Origin: Alphaproteobacteria bacterium
Lineage (GTDB): Bacteria; Pseudomonadota; Alphaproteobacteria; UBA2966; CAIVPW01
DNA: 64,000 nucleotides
Direction: 5' to 3'
Assembly: GCA_947481575.1 (NCBI GenBank)
Contig: CANKGV010000015.1
Span: forward strand, 15-64,014
Positions 1 to 10,543 of the stretch are shown here, one piece after another (within the stretch, counting starts at the first letter, position 1; each line of letters starts with the position of its first letter). The notes beneath the pieces are model-generated. The model was not told the DNA's origin. It searched no databases and was given only the letters and a program-made list of their open reading frames with translations. The position numbers and the translations under genes are program-made.

Positions 1-39
1 GACCTTCCCGACAGCCCGCCCGAGCAATAAACGGTCACG

Positions 40-69
40 CAGTAAGGCCCCCCTCGGGGGGCCTTACTG
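40..69 (-). terminator. GC-rich stem-loop (CAGTAAGGCCCCCC-TC-GGGGGGCCTTACTG) downstream of the lipoprotein gene
   Basis: Perfect 14-bp inverted repeat with a 2-nt loop read directly; no clear U-tract on either side. Confidence 0.45.
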
Positions 70-79
70 CCATCAGCAG

Positions 80-123
80 TGATGCACTTTTGCTCCGGCC
101 GACTGATGCATTTTTACTCCGGC
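80..123. repeat. Imperfect tandem direct repeat, 2 x 20 bp (TGATGCAyTTTTryTCCGGC), overlapping the stop codon of the lipoprotein gene
   Basis: Copies at 80-99 and 104-123 separated by 4 bp; read directly. Confidence 0.6.
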
Positions 124-1544
124 GTTGACAGATCGATCGTCGTGACGCCCGCCGTGGAAGCGGTGACAACCAGGGTGTTGGCGTTGGCATCGCCGGTTAC
201 CGTGGTGATGGCGCCGGTGCCGATACCAGCTTCGCTCAGGGTAACGGTTGCCGGTGCATGGTACGTGAGCGAGTCGCTGGTCGATACCGTGTCGGCACCG
301 GTGTAGTTGACGGTGACACCGATCGTCGTGGACGCTTCGGCGCTCCAGCCGCTTGTACCCTCGGCCGACGTGGCGGTTACTGTGAGTACGAAGTCGGTAT
401 CGGAGTTCAACGCCGGGGTAATCGTAAGCCCGGTCAGTTGCGCCTCGGTCAAGGTCCAGGTGCCGTCATGGTTGTCCGTGCCCGCCGACAGGGTCGCACC
501 GGTCGGAACGCCGGAGATGAGAATGCTGATGACGGAGTCGGAGCCTTCCCGGCCATCCACCGGAGCGGTGACCACGATGGTGAGCGGGATCGGCGCGTTT
601 TCGTTGCCACTGACGGCGGCGGCGGTGACCGTGGGCGCCACAGCTAGGTTCAGTTGGGGGTTGTTCTCGTTGACTTGGCCAAGATCACCACCATCGAGGC
701 CGGCTGCCACGATCTGCGTGGCTACAGCACCCTGAAGGTTGGTCTGGATGCCGTTGGTCTGCGAGATCGAGGTCGAGGCCGCGATCTGGTCATTGGTAGC
801 GGCCAACAATTGGGCCAACTGCCCGACGTTGGCAGTAAGATGGGGGCCAATGGCCGGGTCACCCAGAACATCGTGCATGTCGAGGGTTGCCAGCGTTACG
901 CCCGGCTGAGACAGCGCATTGGCCAAGGCGTCGGCGACCAGGCCGGCGTTTGCCGCGGTTGCCCCGCCGGTCATGGCGCTGGAGATCATTGTCATCATCG
1001 TGGCGACCTGAGCGCCCGCGTTGAACAGGGCGACGTTGCCGGTCGCGACCGGATCGACGTTCAGAACGTCGGTCGCCGGGTTGAGGCCGAACGCCTGCAG
1101 AACCCGCGCAGTGGCGGCCGCGGGAGTCATGCCGGTCTCGATCAACGACTGAATGACGGTTGTGAGCGGGGTGATCGCCGTAGCGCCGCCGGGAGCGGTC
1201 AGCAGGCCCGTAAACGGAAGGCCAGTGGCGATGTCAACGCCGCCCGCGACCGAGATGGCGCCGGTCCCGGTCAGCCCGGTGTAAGTGCCGTCGGAATGCG
1301 TCGTAACCGAGTTGCCGCTGTTGTTCAGGCGCGCAACCGAGGCGCCTGAGAGGTGTCCGTCGATCGCGACGCCGCTCGTGCCGCCCGGGCCGCTGCTGCT
1401 GCCGCCGCCGCCGCCTGCGCAGGCGGCCAACGGCAGGATGAGCAAGCTCGCTACGCCGAGTTTGACCGCAGAGGCGTGCTTACGCTCCCAATCCAAAACG
1501 AACTGCAGCAGTTCGCCGCGATTGGTGGGCAGGGCGACTTTCAT
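114..1544 (-). CDS. Thr/Gly/Ala-rich putative surface lipoprotein (possible adhesin-like repeats)
   Basis: ORF 114..1739; likely start ATG at 1544 (MKVALPT...) preceded by GGGAG; hydrophobic stretch ending in a lipobox-like LAAC followed by poly-Gly/Ser; low-complexity T/G/A-rich body. The n-region is unusually long, so the start is uncertain. Confidence 0.5.
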   Translation of the reverse strand: MKVALPTNRGELLQFVLDWERKHASAVKLGVASLLILPLAACAGGGGGSSSGPGGTSGVAIDGHLSGASVARLNNSGNSVTTHSDGTYTGLTGTGAISVAGGVDIATGLPFTGLLTAPGGATAITPLTTVIQSLIETGMTPAAATARVLQAFGLNPATDVLNVDPVATGNVALFNAGAQVATMMTMISSAMTGGATAANAGLVADALANALSQPGVTLATLDMHDVLGDPAIGPHLTANVGQLAQLLAATNDQIAASTSISQTNGIQTNLQGAVATQIVAAGLDGGDLGQVNENNPQLNLAVAPTVTAAAVSGNENAPIPLTIVVTAPVDGREGSDSVISILISGVPTGATLSAGTDNHDGTWTLTEAQLTGLTITPALNSDTDFVLTVTATSAEGTSGWSAEASTTIGVTVNYTGADTVSTSDSLTYHAPATVTLSEAGIGTGAITTVTGDANANTLVVTASTAGVTTIDLSTPE

Positions 1545-1942
1545 CGCGCCGGCTCCCGCGTCAGCGGTGCCCATCGGGGCAACGCGTACACTCTGCAACA
1601 AATGGCCACTGAAGACCGCCGGTACGGTTTCGTTCGTTACGAAGGCCGTATCGGAGTTCTTCGGTGCGTCACCTTGCTGCGTATTCGCCGGCACGCCAAC
1701 ATTCCATTTTAGGTCCACGTCGGTTACTCCAACGCCCACAGAAGCGCGGGCAAGAAGCGAACGTAGTGACCATCCGTTATTGGCGCTGTACCAATTGAGA
1801 CACAGGTAGGCCGGATACGGATATTCGACGGGTTGCTGTCTCCAATACCTGATGCCGCATGTGCATTCTTGCGACCGGCTGACACAGACGTGGACGGGAC
1901 GCGGCCGGCAGTACCTGAATCGACCGAAAGGAAATCCCGGCC

Positions 1943-3391
1943 ATGGACCCCAAGCTGCCGATCCGAATCGATCCGACCTCGAACGGTGAGTTCGCGCCGG
2001 TGGCCGTGCCGCACCACCTGGTGCAAGCCAACGCCCTGGCCGATCGCCGCATTAGCCGGAACGCGGGGCGCGTTGGCGCGTCGCGGCGGGCGTTCGTTGC
2101 CGGCCTATGCGGTGCCGCCACGACGCTGCTGACGTTGAACCAGGCGTTCGCTGCGATCGGCAACGCGGGCGGACGGTTCCGCGTTCATCCTGAGGGCGCG
2201 TTTGAGGTTGCCGCGGCTGCCGACACGCTGTCCGGCACCGAGTTTGTCCTCGATTCGCAGACTCACTTGGTCGAGCCCAATGGCCCGTGGCGCACCGGCG
2301 CCAGCAAGGAGTGGGCGAGGTGGTTGTTGGATTTCGGTCAGGCCAAGTGCGGCGAGCGCGATCCGATCGCCTGCTTCGACGCCGACCACTTTGTCAAAGA
2401 AGTATTCTTCGACTCCGATACATCCGTGGCAGTGCTGACCTTCGTGCCGTCCGACCCGTCCGACAATCCGCTCACGATGGCGGAAGCCCTGCGCGTGCAG
2501 GACCTGCTGGCTAAGCTGGACGGCACCAATCGCCTGCTGTTGCACTACAAGGTGATGCCGAACTGGCCACCGTTTGCGGCGCAGTTGGCCAGCATGGACG
2601 CGGCTGCCGCACGGTGGAAGATTGCTGCGTGGAAGTGCTACACGGGCTACGGCCCCGGTGGCGTCGGCTGGTTTTTGGACGATCCCAAGATCGGCGTGCC
2701 GTTCCTGGAACGGGCCCGCGCGCTCGGCATCAAGACGATCTGCATCCACAAAGGCCTGCCGTTCCAAGGCCAGGACGCGAAGTTCGCAAGCTGCGAGGAC
2801 GTCGGGCGGGCGGCCCGGCTGTTCCCGGATATCAATTTTGTGATCTTCCATTCGGGGTTCGACGGCGGTGTCCGCGAGGGCGCCTACAACCTCCGTGCGA
2901 CTCGCGGCATCGACACGCTGACGCGTTCCCTGATTGAACACGGCATCGCGCCGAATTCGAACGTCTATGCCGAACTGGGCAGCACCTGGCGCATGCTGAT
3001 GCGGGACCCCACCGCGGCGGCCCACACCATCGGCAAGCTCATGAAGTATGTGGGCGAGAACCGCGTCCTCTGGGGCACGGACTCGATCTGGTACGGGTCA
3101 CCGCAGGATCAGATCCAGGCGTTTCGCGCCTTTGAGATTGCGCCCGAACTTGTCGAACGGTTCGGCTATGTGACGCTGACGGCGGAGCGCAAGGCGGCCA
3201 TTCTCGGTCTAAACGGCGCCGCATTGTGGGGGGTCGACCCATCCACGACGCGCCGTCGCGCCGACAACGATTGGATCGGCAGGGCCAAGCGGCAATACGC
3301 CGAGACGCCTGCGCCGGGGTTCGACACGTACGGTCCGCGGACCGCGCAGGAGTTCGCAATCTTCCGCCGCATGTCGGGCGGCGAGCCGTAG
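1943..3391 (+). CDS. Amidohydrolase-2 family metal-dependent hydrolase with a putative Tat signal
   Basis: SRRAFVAG twin-arginine motif followed by a hydrophobic stretch; C-terminal region (KTICIHKGLP...HSGFDGG...WGTDSIWYG) is typical of the amidohydrolase_2 TIM-barrel fold. Confidence 0.6.
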   Translation: MDPKLPIRIDPTSNGEFAPVAVPHHLVQANALADRRISRNAGRVGASRRAFVAGLCGAATTLLTLNQAFAAIGNAGGRFRVHPEGAFEVAAAADTLSGTEFVLDSQTHLVEPNGPWRTGASKEWARWLLDFGQAKCGERDPIACFDADHFVKEVFFDSDTSVAVLTFVPSDPSDNPLTMAEALRVQDLLAKLDGTNRLLLHYKVMPNWPPFAAQLASMDAAAARWKIAAWKCYTGYGPGGVGWFLDDPKIGVPFLERARALGIKTICIHKGLPFQGQDAKFASCEDVGRAARLFPDINFVIFHSGFDGGVREGAYNLRATRGIDTLTRSLIEHGIAPNSNVYAELGSTWRMLMRDPTAAAHTIGKLMKYVGENRVLWGTDSIWYGSPQDQIQAFRAFEIAPELVERFGYVTLTAERKAAILGLNGAALWGVDPSTTRRRADNDWIGRAKRQYAETPAPGFDTYGPRTAQEFAIFRRMSGGEP

Positions 3392-3410
3392 GACAGTCCC
3401 GGAATCAAAA

Positions 3411-3431
3411 GGCCCGGCGCTTGGCCGGGCC
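3411..3431 (-). terminator. Intrinsic terminator-like hairpin between convergent genes
   Basis: GGCCCGGC-gcttg-GCCGGGCC; on the minus strand it is followed by TTTTGATT, so it would serve the erpA-like gene. Confidence 0.55.
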
Positions 3432-3456
3432 CGACGTTAGAACACGCGAGCCGCCG

Positions 3457-3795
3457 CTAGACTGCGAACGACGAGCCGCAACTGCACGAAGATGTGGCGT
3501 TGGGGTTGCCGATCGAAAACTGCGACCCGATCATCTTTTCGATGAAATCGATCTGCGAGCCGGCCAGATACATCAGTGACATCGCGTCCACGACCACCCG
3601 GGCGCCATCGCGCTCGATGATTTCGTCGCCCGCCGCCACCTGGTCCACGGCGAAACTGTACTGAAAGCCCGAGCAACCGCCGCCCTTCACCTGCACGCGC
3701 AGGGCAGGGTTGGGGTGTTGATCCTTGCTCATCAGGTGGGCAATGCGCTTCACCGCATTGTCCGACAGTTTGATAGGGGGTTCTGTGACGCGCAT
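3457..3795 (-). CDS. erpA: Iron-sulfur cluster insertion/assembly A-type carrier (IscA/ErpA/HesB family)
   Basis: ~112 aa; the C-terminal CSCGSSF motif and GGGCSGFQY are characteristic of A-type carriers; start taken at MRVTEPP. Confidence 0.75.
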   Translation of the reverse strand: MRVTEPPIKLSDNAVKRIAHLMSKDQHPNPALRVQVKGGGCSGFQYSFAVDQVAAGDEIIERDGARVVVDAMSLMYLAGSQIDFIEKMIGSQFSIGNPNATSSCSCGSSFAV

Positions 3796-3874
3796 CCGGC
3801 AATTCCGCCTGTGCAAGACCTAGGAGTGAATGTAGGCAATCATAGTCAGGTGTCAAATCGGTAAACGCTGCGGC

Positions 3875-5155
3875 GTGCCGTATGCGACATTGAACCGGGC
3901 CGGTACGAGGTCTAGGTTCCGCGGGATGTTGCGGCCAGCCAAGGCAAATCCCACGGGAACCGGTGAGCACCCAGCGCCGTTCGCCAGCCGTCCGGCGGAC
4001 ACCCGCGGGCGGCGGTACCCCGAGCCGGCCAGCCCGTCCCGGACCGACTATCAGCGGGACCGCGACCGCATCATTCATTCGGCGGCATTCCGCCGTTTGC
4101 AGCACAAGACCCAAGTGTTCGTGTACCACGTCGGCGACCACTACCGGACCCGTCTGACCCACTCCATCGAAGTGGCCCAGATTGCCCGCTCGGCCGCCCG
4201 GGCCCTGGGCCTCAATGAGGACCTCGCCGAGGCGGTGGCGCTGGCCCACGACCTTGGTCACCCGCCGTTCGGGCACGCTGGCGAGGACGCACTGAATCGT
4301 TCCATGGCGGGGGCGGGGGGGTTCGACCACAACGCCCACGCGCTGCGCCTTGTGACCCAATTGGAGGCGCGCTACGCCGGTTTCGACGGCCTAAACCTGA
4401 CGTGGGAAGCCCTGGAAGGTCTGGTGAAGCACAACGGGCCCCTGGTCGGCCCGAACAGCGCCGGCAAGCCCTTGCCGGAGTCCATCGCCGCCTATGTGAC
4501 GCACCACGACCTGGAATTGGCGAGCTTCGCCGGACCGGAAGCGCAGATTGCCGCGCTGGCGGACGACATCGCCTACATCAACCACGACCTCGACGACGGG
4601 GTCCGCGCCGGCCTGTTTACCCTCGAACAGCTTTCCGCAGCGCCGCTGGTCGGCCCCATTCTGGCGGAGGTACGGCGCCTGTATCCAAGCATTGAACCGG
4701 CGCGGGTGATCCACGAGACTGTGCGCCGGCTGATCGACGGCATGGTGACCGATATGGTGGCCGAAACGCGCCGCCGCGCCGCCACCACCCAACCGGCTGA
4801 CGCCCAAGCCGTGCGTGCGCTGGCGGAACCGCTGGTTGCGTTCTCGCCGGACTGGGGGCCGCAGGTGAAAGCACTGCGGTCGTACTTGTACCAAAACATG
4901 TACCAGCACCCGTCGGTAGCCGGACTTGCCGGGCAGGGCGCTCGCATTGTCTCCGACCTATTCAGCCTGTATCAGAGGGACCCTGCCGCGTTGCCCGAAG
5001 AATGGCGCACGGCGCGGGGTGGAGACGCGGCGCGCGGCACCGAGTCCGATCCGCGCCGCATCGCCGATTTCATCGCCGGAATGACCGATCGCTTCGCGGT
5101 AGCGCAGCACCGCAAGCGGTTCCCGAACACGCCGCTGCCGCCGGAAATGTCGTGA
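3875..5155 (+). CDS. dgt: Deoxyguanosinetriphosphate triphosphohydrolase-like protein (HD domain)
   Basis: [36 protein letters not shown] and [10 protein letters not shown] are dGTPase-family signatures; the N-terminal start is uncertain. Confidence 0.8.
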   Translation: MPYATLNRAGTRSRFRGMLRPAKANPTGTGEHPAPFASRPADTRGRRYPEPASPSRTDYQRDRDRIIHSAAFRRLQHKTQVFVYHVGDHYRTRLTHSIEVAQIARSAARALGLNEDLAEAVALAHDLGHPPFGHAGEDALNRSMAGAGGFDHNAHALRLVTQLEARYAGFDGLNLTWEALEGLVKHNGPLVGPNSAGKPLPESIAAYVTHHDLELASFAGPEAQIAALADDIAYINHDLDDGVRAGLFTLEQLSAAPLVGPILAEVRRLYPSIEPARVIHETVRRLIDGMVTDMVAETRRRAATTQPADAQAVRALAEPLVAFSPDWGPQVKALRSYLYQNMYQHPSVAGLAGQGARIVSDLFSLYQRDPAALPEEWRTARGGDAARGTESDPRRIADFIAGMTDRFAVAQHRKRFPNTPLPPEMS

Positions 5156-6909
5156 ATTATTTCAATATCTTAAGCGACATCGTTGAGGATTCGCTGAAGG
5201 CCTTGGGGAAGGCCGGCACATTGCCGCCTGGCCTCGAACATCGCGGCGTAACTCTGGAGCCGCCACGCGACCCCAAACATGGCGACGTCGCCACGAACGC
5301 TGCCCTGGTGCTCGCGGGGGCCGCCGGCATGAAGCCGCGGGCGATCGCTGAGCCGCTCGCGGTGTTGCTGCGTGTTCACCCGGATGTCGCTTCGGCGGAA
5401 GTCGCTGGACCGGGCTTCATCAACCTGACGATGCGCAGCGGCTTCTGGCACGCCCGGGTTGCCGAGGCGATCGCCGCCGGTGCCGACTACGGCCGTTCCG
5501 CCCTGGGCAAACGCCGTGGGGCGGTGAACGTAGAATACGTGTCCGCCAATCCGACCGGGCCGATGCACGTGGGCCACGCCCGCGGCGCGGTATTCGGCGA
5601 CGCGCTTGCGTCCCTGCTCGTGTTCAGCGGGCATGCGGTTACCCGCGAATACTACATCAACGACGCAGGCGCCCAGGTCGATGTCCTGGCGCGCTCGGCG
5701 TACCTCCGCTACCGCGAGGCCCTGGGCGAAGCGGTCGGCGACATTCCGGAAGGCTTGTATCCGGGCGAGTATCTGAAACCGGTCGGCGCGGCATTGGCGC
5801 AGGAATTTGGCACGCGGTGGGCCGCTTTGCCCGAGGCCGAGTGGCTGCCCACCTTCCGCGACCGGGCAATCGACGCGATGATGGCGCTGATCCGCGAGGA
5901 TTTGGGCTTCATGGGCGTACGCCACGACGTGTTTGTGTCCGAACGCGGGCTGGTCGCCGACGGCAAGGTTGAAGCCGTCTTGGCGCAACTGAACGCTGCG
6001 GCCCTCGTCTACGAAGGCACCTTGGAGCCCCCCAAGGGCAAGGAGCCGGATGACTGGGAGCCTCGCGAACAAACCTTGTTCCGCGCCACTCTATTCGGCG
6101 ATGAAGTGGACCGGCCGCTCCGGAAGTCCGACGGTTCGTGGACCTATTTCGCCAGCGACATGGCATACCATGCCGACAAGATTCGCCGGGGCTTCAAGAC
6201 GCTCATCAACGTATGGGGCGCCGACCACGGCGGCTACGTGAAGCGCATGGAAGCGGCGGTGAAGGCTTTGTCTGCCGAAACCGTCAGCCTCGACGTGAAG
6301 CTCTGCCAGCTGGTGAAGCTGATGCGCCGCGGAGAGCCGGTGAAGATGTCCAAGCGGGCGGGCACTTTTGTCACACTGCGCGAGGTCGTCGATGAGGTCG
6401 GCAAGGATGTGGTGCGGTTCATCATGCTGACGCGCCGCAACGATGCCGCGCTCGACTTCGACTTCGCCGTTGTCACCGAAGAATCGCGGGAGAACCCGGT
6501 ATTTTACGTCCAATATGCCCACGCTCGGTGCAGTTCTGTGCTGCGCACGGCTGGGGCAGAAGGCAGCGGACGCGATTTGACGGCCGCAACGCTGGCTAAA
6601 GCAGACCTCAGCCGCTTGACCCACCCGGATGAGCTTGCTTTGATGAAGACTATCGCCGCATGGCCACGAACGGTCGAAGCCGCTGCGCTTGCGCACGAGC
6701 CGCACCGGATCGCGTTCTACCTGCGGGACCTTGCTTCAAGCTTCCACGCGCTGTGGTCGCGGGGCAAGGAGGAGGATGGGCTGCGCTTTATCATTTCCGG
6801 CGATGAACCGCTGACCTTGGCACGCATGGCGATGGTCAAGGGTTGCGCAACCGCGCTGGCGGTCGGTCTAAACATTATCGGCGTTGCGCCGGTCGAGGAA
6901 TTGCGCTGA
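5152..6909 (+). CDS. argS: Arginine--tRNA ligase
   Basis: GTG start overlapping the dgt stop (gGTGAat); [20 protein letters not shown] (the HIGH-region equivalent) and the C-terminal DALR-type anticodon-binding region. Confidence 0.9.
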   Translation: MNYFNILSDIVEDSLKALGKAGTLPPGLEHRGVTLEPPRDPKHGDVATNAALVLAGAAGMKPRAIAEPLAVLLRVHPDVASAEVAGPGFINLTMRSGFWHARVAEAIAAGADYGRSALGKRRGAVNVEYVSANPTGPMHVGHARGAVFGDALASLLVFSGHAVTREYYINDAGAQVDVLARSAYLRYREALGEAVGDIPEGLYPGEYLKPVGAALAQEFGTRWAALPEAEWLPTFRDRAIDAMMALIREDLGFMGVRHDVFVSERGLVADGKVEAVLAQLNAAALVYEGTLEPPKGKEPDDWEPREQTLFRATLFGDEVDRPLRKSDGSWTYFASDMAYHADKIRRGFKTLINVWGADHGGYVKRMEAAVKALSAETVSLDVKLCQLVKLMRRGEPVKMSKRAGTFVTLREVVDEVGKDVVRFIMLTRRNDAALDFDFAVVTEESRENPVFYVQYAHARCSSVLRTAGAEGSGRDLTAATLAKADLSRLTHPDELALMKTIAAWPRTVEAAALAHEPHRIAFYLRDLASSFHALWSRGKEEDGLRFIISGDEPLTLARMAMVKGCATALAVGLNIIGVAPVEELR

Positions 6910-7799
6910 TGGCCAAGCCTCCCTCGGTCGAACCTGCGGACCTCGATCCGCCCCCGGAATACCTGCGCCAGGGTCCGCCGCCGCTATTTCCGCCGCGCCA
7001 GCGTGACGCGCCCGATTGGCGCCGCATCGTGCCGATGGCGGTGGCATTGGTAACCCTGTTGGCGTTCGCGGCCGGCATGTGGTTCGCGTATGGGCAGGGG
7101 GTCCGCAAGGGGCTCGAATTGACCCCGCCGTTGGTGCGTGCTGACACCGGGCCGACCAAGGTGGTGCCGGTCGACCCCGGCGGCATGGTCGTGCCCAACC
7201 AAGACAAACAGGTGTTCGACGCCGTGGCCGCCCAGCCGGCGCCGCGCGTGGAGCGCCTGCTGCCGGCCGCCGAGCAGCCGATGGCTACACCGCAACAGGT
7301 CGCCGCGACTCCGGAAGTCCTGCCGTTGGTCACTGCCACCCCGGCGGTGAGTCCGGCCCCGGCCCCGCCGGCGCCAGTGCCAGTCGCCGATGCAACGCCG
7401 GTTCCGCCGCGCGAGGCCGTGCCGGTACCGCGGCCGCTCGTTTTGACTCCGCCGCCGGTGCCAGCTGGTGCGACGGCGCCAACCGTCGCCGCCAATACCC
7501 CGGCGCCCGTTGTGCTGCGTCCCCCACCGGCTCCGGCGGCAGCGCTGCCGAGTGGTACCTACCGAATTCAGTTGGGTGCGTACGGCGATTCGAAGGCCGC
7601 CCTCGACGGGTGGGACAAGATTCGCAAACGCACACCGGACTTGTTGCGGGATCTGCAGCCCACCGTTGTGATTGCTGAGGTCAACGGCCGAACCGTGCAG
7701 CGTCTGCAGGCCGGCCCGGTGGCGACCGCTGCGGCCGCAGCGCAACTGTGTACGGACCTCAAGGCCAAGGGCACCGACTGCCTGGTTGTGAAGCCGTAG
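6909..7799 (+). CDS. SPOR domain-containing protein (septal peptidoglycan binding), with a Pro/Ala-rich linker
   Basis: ATG overlaps the argS stop; one TM helix, a long P/A-rich low-complexity region, and a C-terminal SPOR-like fold (YRIQLGAY...AKGTDCLVVKP). Confidence 0.7.
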   Translation: MAKPPSVEPADLDPPPEYLRQGPPPLFPPRQRDAPDWRRIVPMAVALVTLLAFAAGMWFAYGQGVRKGLELTPPLVRADTGPTKVVPVDPGGMVVPNQDKQVFDAVAAQPAPRVERLLPAAEQPMATPQQVAATPEVLPLVTATPAVSPAPAPPAPVPVADATPVPPREAVPVPRPLVLTPPPVPAGATAPTVAANTPAPVVLRPPPAPAAALPSGTYRIQLGAYGDSKAALDGWDKIRKRTPDLLRDLQPTVVIAEVNGRTVQRLQAGPVATAAAAAQLCTDLKAKGTDCLVVKP

Positions 7800-7844
7800 A
7801 TGGCGCATCCCTTGTGGGCGTCGCGCCGTCGCGGTGGTCGCTGA

Positions 7845-8522
7845 ATGGACCCTTCGCAACTTCTGACCGCGTTCTCGGTATGGGTGATCCCAGCGATTCT
7901 TGCGGTCACCCTCCACGAGGCCGCCCACGGCTACGCGGCGCTGGTGCTGGGTGACGATACCGCCCAGCGCGCGGGCCGTATTTCGATCAACCCGCTCCGG
8001 CACATCGACCTGTTCGGCACGATCTTGATGCCGGCCCTATTGCTCGTCTCGTCCGGCGGCCGGGTGATGTTCGGCTACGCCAAGCCCGTGCCGGTTGACT
8101 TCGCGCGCCTCAACCGGCCGCGCCGCGACATGGTCCTAGTGGCGGCTGCTGGACCGGGCGCCAACGTGGCTATGGCAATCATCGCCGGGCTGTTGCTGCA
8201 CCTCGCCCTGGCATCCGGCGGAACGTTCGGTGATTGGTTCCAGCAAAACTGCACAAATGCCATGCAATTCAATGTATTGCTGGCGGTATTTAACATGATT
8301 CCGATCCCGCCGTTGGACGGCGGCCGCGTCGCGGTGGGGCTGTTGCCGCGGACGCTGGCGATCGGCCTGGCGCGGGTTGAGCGCTTCGGCATGTTGATCG
8401 TGTTGGCGGCGCTGTTTCTGTTGCCGTCCCTGGGTGTGACGGTGGTGCAGAGCGTGATTGGGGCAGTAGCGGACTTCTTGCTAGGCTGGATCGTGACGCT
8501 CACCGGGCACTCGTACACCTGA
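7845..8522 (+). CDS. Site-2 protease family (M50) zinc metalloprotease
   Basis: Polytopic membrane protein with an HExxH motif (LHEAAHG) in the first TM helix. Confidence 0.75.
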   Translation: MDPSQLLTAFSVWVIPAILAVTLHEAAHGYAALVLGDDTAQRAGRISINPLRHIDLFGTILMPALLLVSSGGRVMFGYAKPVPVDFARLNRPRRDMVLVAAAGPGANVAMAIIAGLLLHLALASGGTFGDWFQQNCTNAMQFNVLLAVFNMIPIPPLDGGRVAVGLLPRTLAIGLARVERFGMLIVLAALFLLPSLGVTVVQSVIGAVADFLLGWIVTLTGHSYT

Positions 8523-8535
8523 CCGGCCGATCCTC

Positions 8536-9333
8536 GTGGACCCAAACTCCGACGTGAATAATCTGATCGCAGGTGAGGCCGTGGCACCGCCCGGCGCCCC
8601 GCACCTAGTCCTGAACTTGGCGGGCTACGAGGGCCCGTTAGACGTCCTATTGGCGCTGGCCCGCACGCAAAAGGTCGATCTCACCAAGATTTCGGTCCTC
8701 AAGCTGGCCGACCAATACGTCGCGTTTATCAACGAGGCGCGCAAACTCGAGTTGGAAGTCGCGGCCGACTATCTGGTGATGGCGGCGTGGCTTACGTACT
8801 TGAAGTCGCGCCTGCTGTTGCCTGAGCCGGAACCCGACGAGGAATTGTCCGGTCCTGAGCTTGCGGCACTGCTGACGTTCCGGTTGCAGCGCTTGGAAGC
8901 GATGCGGGAAGCGGCACGCAAGCTGATGCAGCGGGACCAGTTGGGCCGCGACGTGTTCCGGCGGGGCGCGCCGGAAGGCGTGCGTTCGATCCGGCACCCG
9001 AAATACGAGCTGTCGCTGTTCGAATTGCTGTCGGCCTACGCGGAAATGAAGCGCCCGGCGCCGCCGGTGCCCCTGCGGGTCGGGCGGACCGAGACCTACA
9101 CCGCCGAGGAAGCGGCCGAGCGTATCCTGCGTGTCCTGGGCATGAACCCCGGCTGGGAACGCATCGAGGCGTTCCTGCCGCCGACCTTTGCCACCGGCCG
9201 CAAGCTGCGGACGGCGCTCGCTGCCACCCTTTCCGCCGGACTGGAACTCACCCGCCAGGGCCGCTTGCGCCTGCGGCAGGAGTCGCCGTTCGGCCCCATT
9301 TTCGTTAAGACCCAAGGACCTTCAGAAACGTGA
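8536..9333 (+). CDS. scpA: Segregation and condensation protein A
   Basis: LDVLLALARTQKVDLTKISVLKLADQY and the ScpA-family helical pattern; immediately upstream of scpB. Confidence 0.8.
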   Translation: MDPNSDVNNLIAGEAVAPPGAPHLVLNLAGYEGPLDVLLALARTQKVDLTKISVLKLADQYVAFINEARKLELEVAADYLVMAAWLTYLKSRLLLPEPEPDEELSGPELAALLTFRLQRLEAMREAARKLMQRDQLGRDVFRRGAPEGVRSIRHPKYELSLFELLSAYAEMKRPAPPVPLRVGRTETYTAEEAAERILRVLGMNPGWERIEAFLPPTFATGRKLRTALAATLSAGLELTRQGRLRLRQESPFGPIFVKTQGPSET

Positions 9334-10079
9334 CGCAGCCCACCGAACACCTCCGTATCGCCGAGGCGCTTTTGTTCGCCGCCGCCGAGCCGCTCGACCT
9401 CGCCAGCCTGCAGCAACAGATGCCGGACGGTGTCGACGTTCCGGCGGTGCTCGCTGAACTTGCTGCCGAGTATCAGCAGCGGGGCGTGAACCTCGTGGAG
9501 ATCGGCGGCAAGTGGTCGCTGCGGACGGCGCCGGACCTGCGCCACGTGCTGGAGCGCCACATCGTGCAGCCGCGCAAGCTGTCGCGCGCCGCCATCGAAA
9601 CGCTGGCGATCGTCGCCTACCACCAGCCGGTCACCCGCGCCGAAATTGAAGAGATTCGCGGCGTGGCGATCAGCAAGGGCACACTCGACTCGCTGTTCGA
9701 AGCGGGTTGGACGTGCCTGCGCGGCCGCCGCAAGACACCGGGGCGCCCGGTCACCTACGGCACCACCGAACAGTTCCTGGAGCATTTCGGCTTGGAAGCG
9801 CTCAGCGCGCTGCCGGGCCTGGACGAGCTCAAGGCCACGGGCCTGCTGCGCTCGGAGCCACCGGCGCCGAACCTGTTCGATGCCGCTGCGCCGGACGAAG
9901 CCGAGGACGGCGAGGCGGACCGTGATGCCGGCGCCGACGACGGGGCCAGCGACATCGAGTCTGGCACGGTCGTGCCGCTCAAGCCGGTGCGCGGCCCAGA
10001 CGCGGAGTCAGAAAGCGAGCCCGAGCCCGAAGACCAGGGCGATGCCGGCTTAAGTTCCGACGCGGAACCCGTCCGCTAA
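9330..10079 (+). CDS. scpB: Segregation and condensation protein B, with an acidic C-terminal tail
   Basis: Tandem winged-helix ScpB signature (AEALLFAAAEPL...IETLAIVAYHQPVTRAEIEEIRGV); start overlaps the scpA stop. Confidence 0.85.
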   Translation: MTQPTEHLRIAEALLFAAAEPLDLASLQQQMPDGVDVPAVLAELAAEYQQRGVNLVEIGGKWSLRTAPDLRHVLERHIVQPRKLSRAAIETLAIVAYHQPVTRAEIEEIRGVAISKGTLDSLFEAGWTCLRGRRKTPGRPVTYGTTEQFLEHFGLEALSALPGLDELKATGLLRSEPPAPNLFDAAAPDEAEDGEADRDAGADDGASDIESGTVVPLKPVRGPDAESESEPEPEDQGDAGLSSDAEPVR

Positions 10080-10281
10080 CCGATCCGGCGGCAACTCAGG
10101 CCGCCCTTGGCTGCCACTGTGTTTCCGTTTGGTGAAATCTATCGGTCGCAGTTGAAATGCCGCCCGGGCGACGCCAATTGAGTTGGCAAGCCGGACCAGG
10201 GGAGGGAGGCTCGGCGTCGTTGCGCCGCTCCAGCCATTCTGCGACAATGCCGTCAACTCCTTCATAGGTAGGATTCGTTCG

Positions 10282-10497
10282 ATGGTCCCAGGGATTACGA
10301 GCATCTGGCATTGGCTCATTGTGCTTGCCGTGATTTTGCTGATTTTCGGTGGTGGCGGCAAAATCTCTAAGATCATGGGTGACTTCGGTTCCGGTCTGAA
10401 GTCCTTCAAGAAGAGCGTGAAGGACGAAGAGGCCGAGGGCACGATGCCTCGCAAGAAGTTGGACGAGCCCGAGAAGGAAGGCGCCGCCAAGAGCTGA
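10282..10497 (+). CDS. tatA: Sec-independent protein translocase TatA
   Basis: Internal ATG at 10282 gives [43 protein letters not shown], the TatA consensus; the longer ORF (10183) adds a non-conserved N-terminus. Confidence 0.85.
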   Translation: MVPGITSIWHWLIVLAVILLIFGGGGKISKIMGDFGSGLKSFKKSVKDEEAEGTMPRKKLDEPEKEGAAKS

Positions 10498-10543
10498 CGC
10501 CCGTTTGGGCTTCGGCCCTTTGGGCGCGCGGTGAGCCGCCGTC

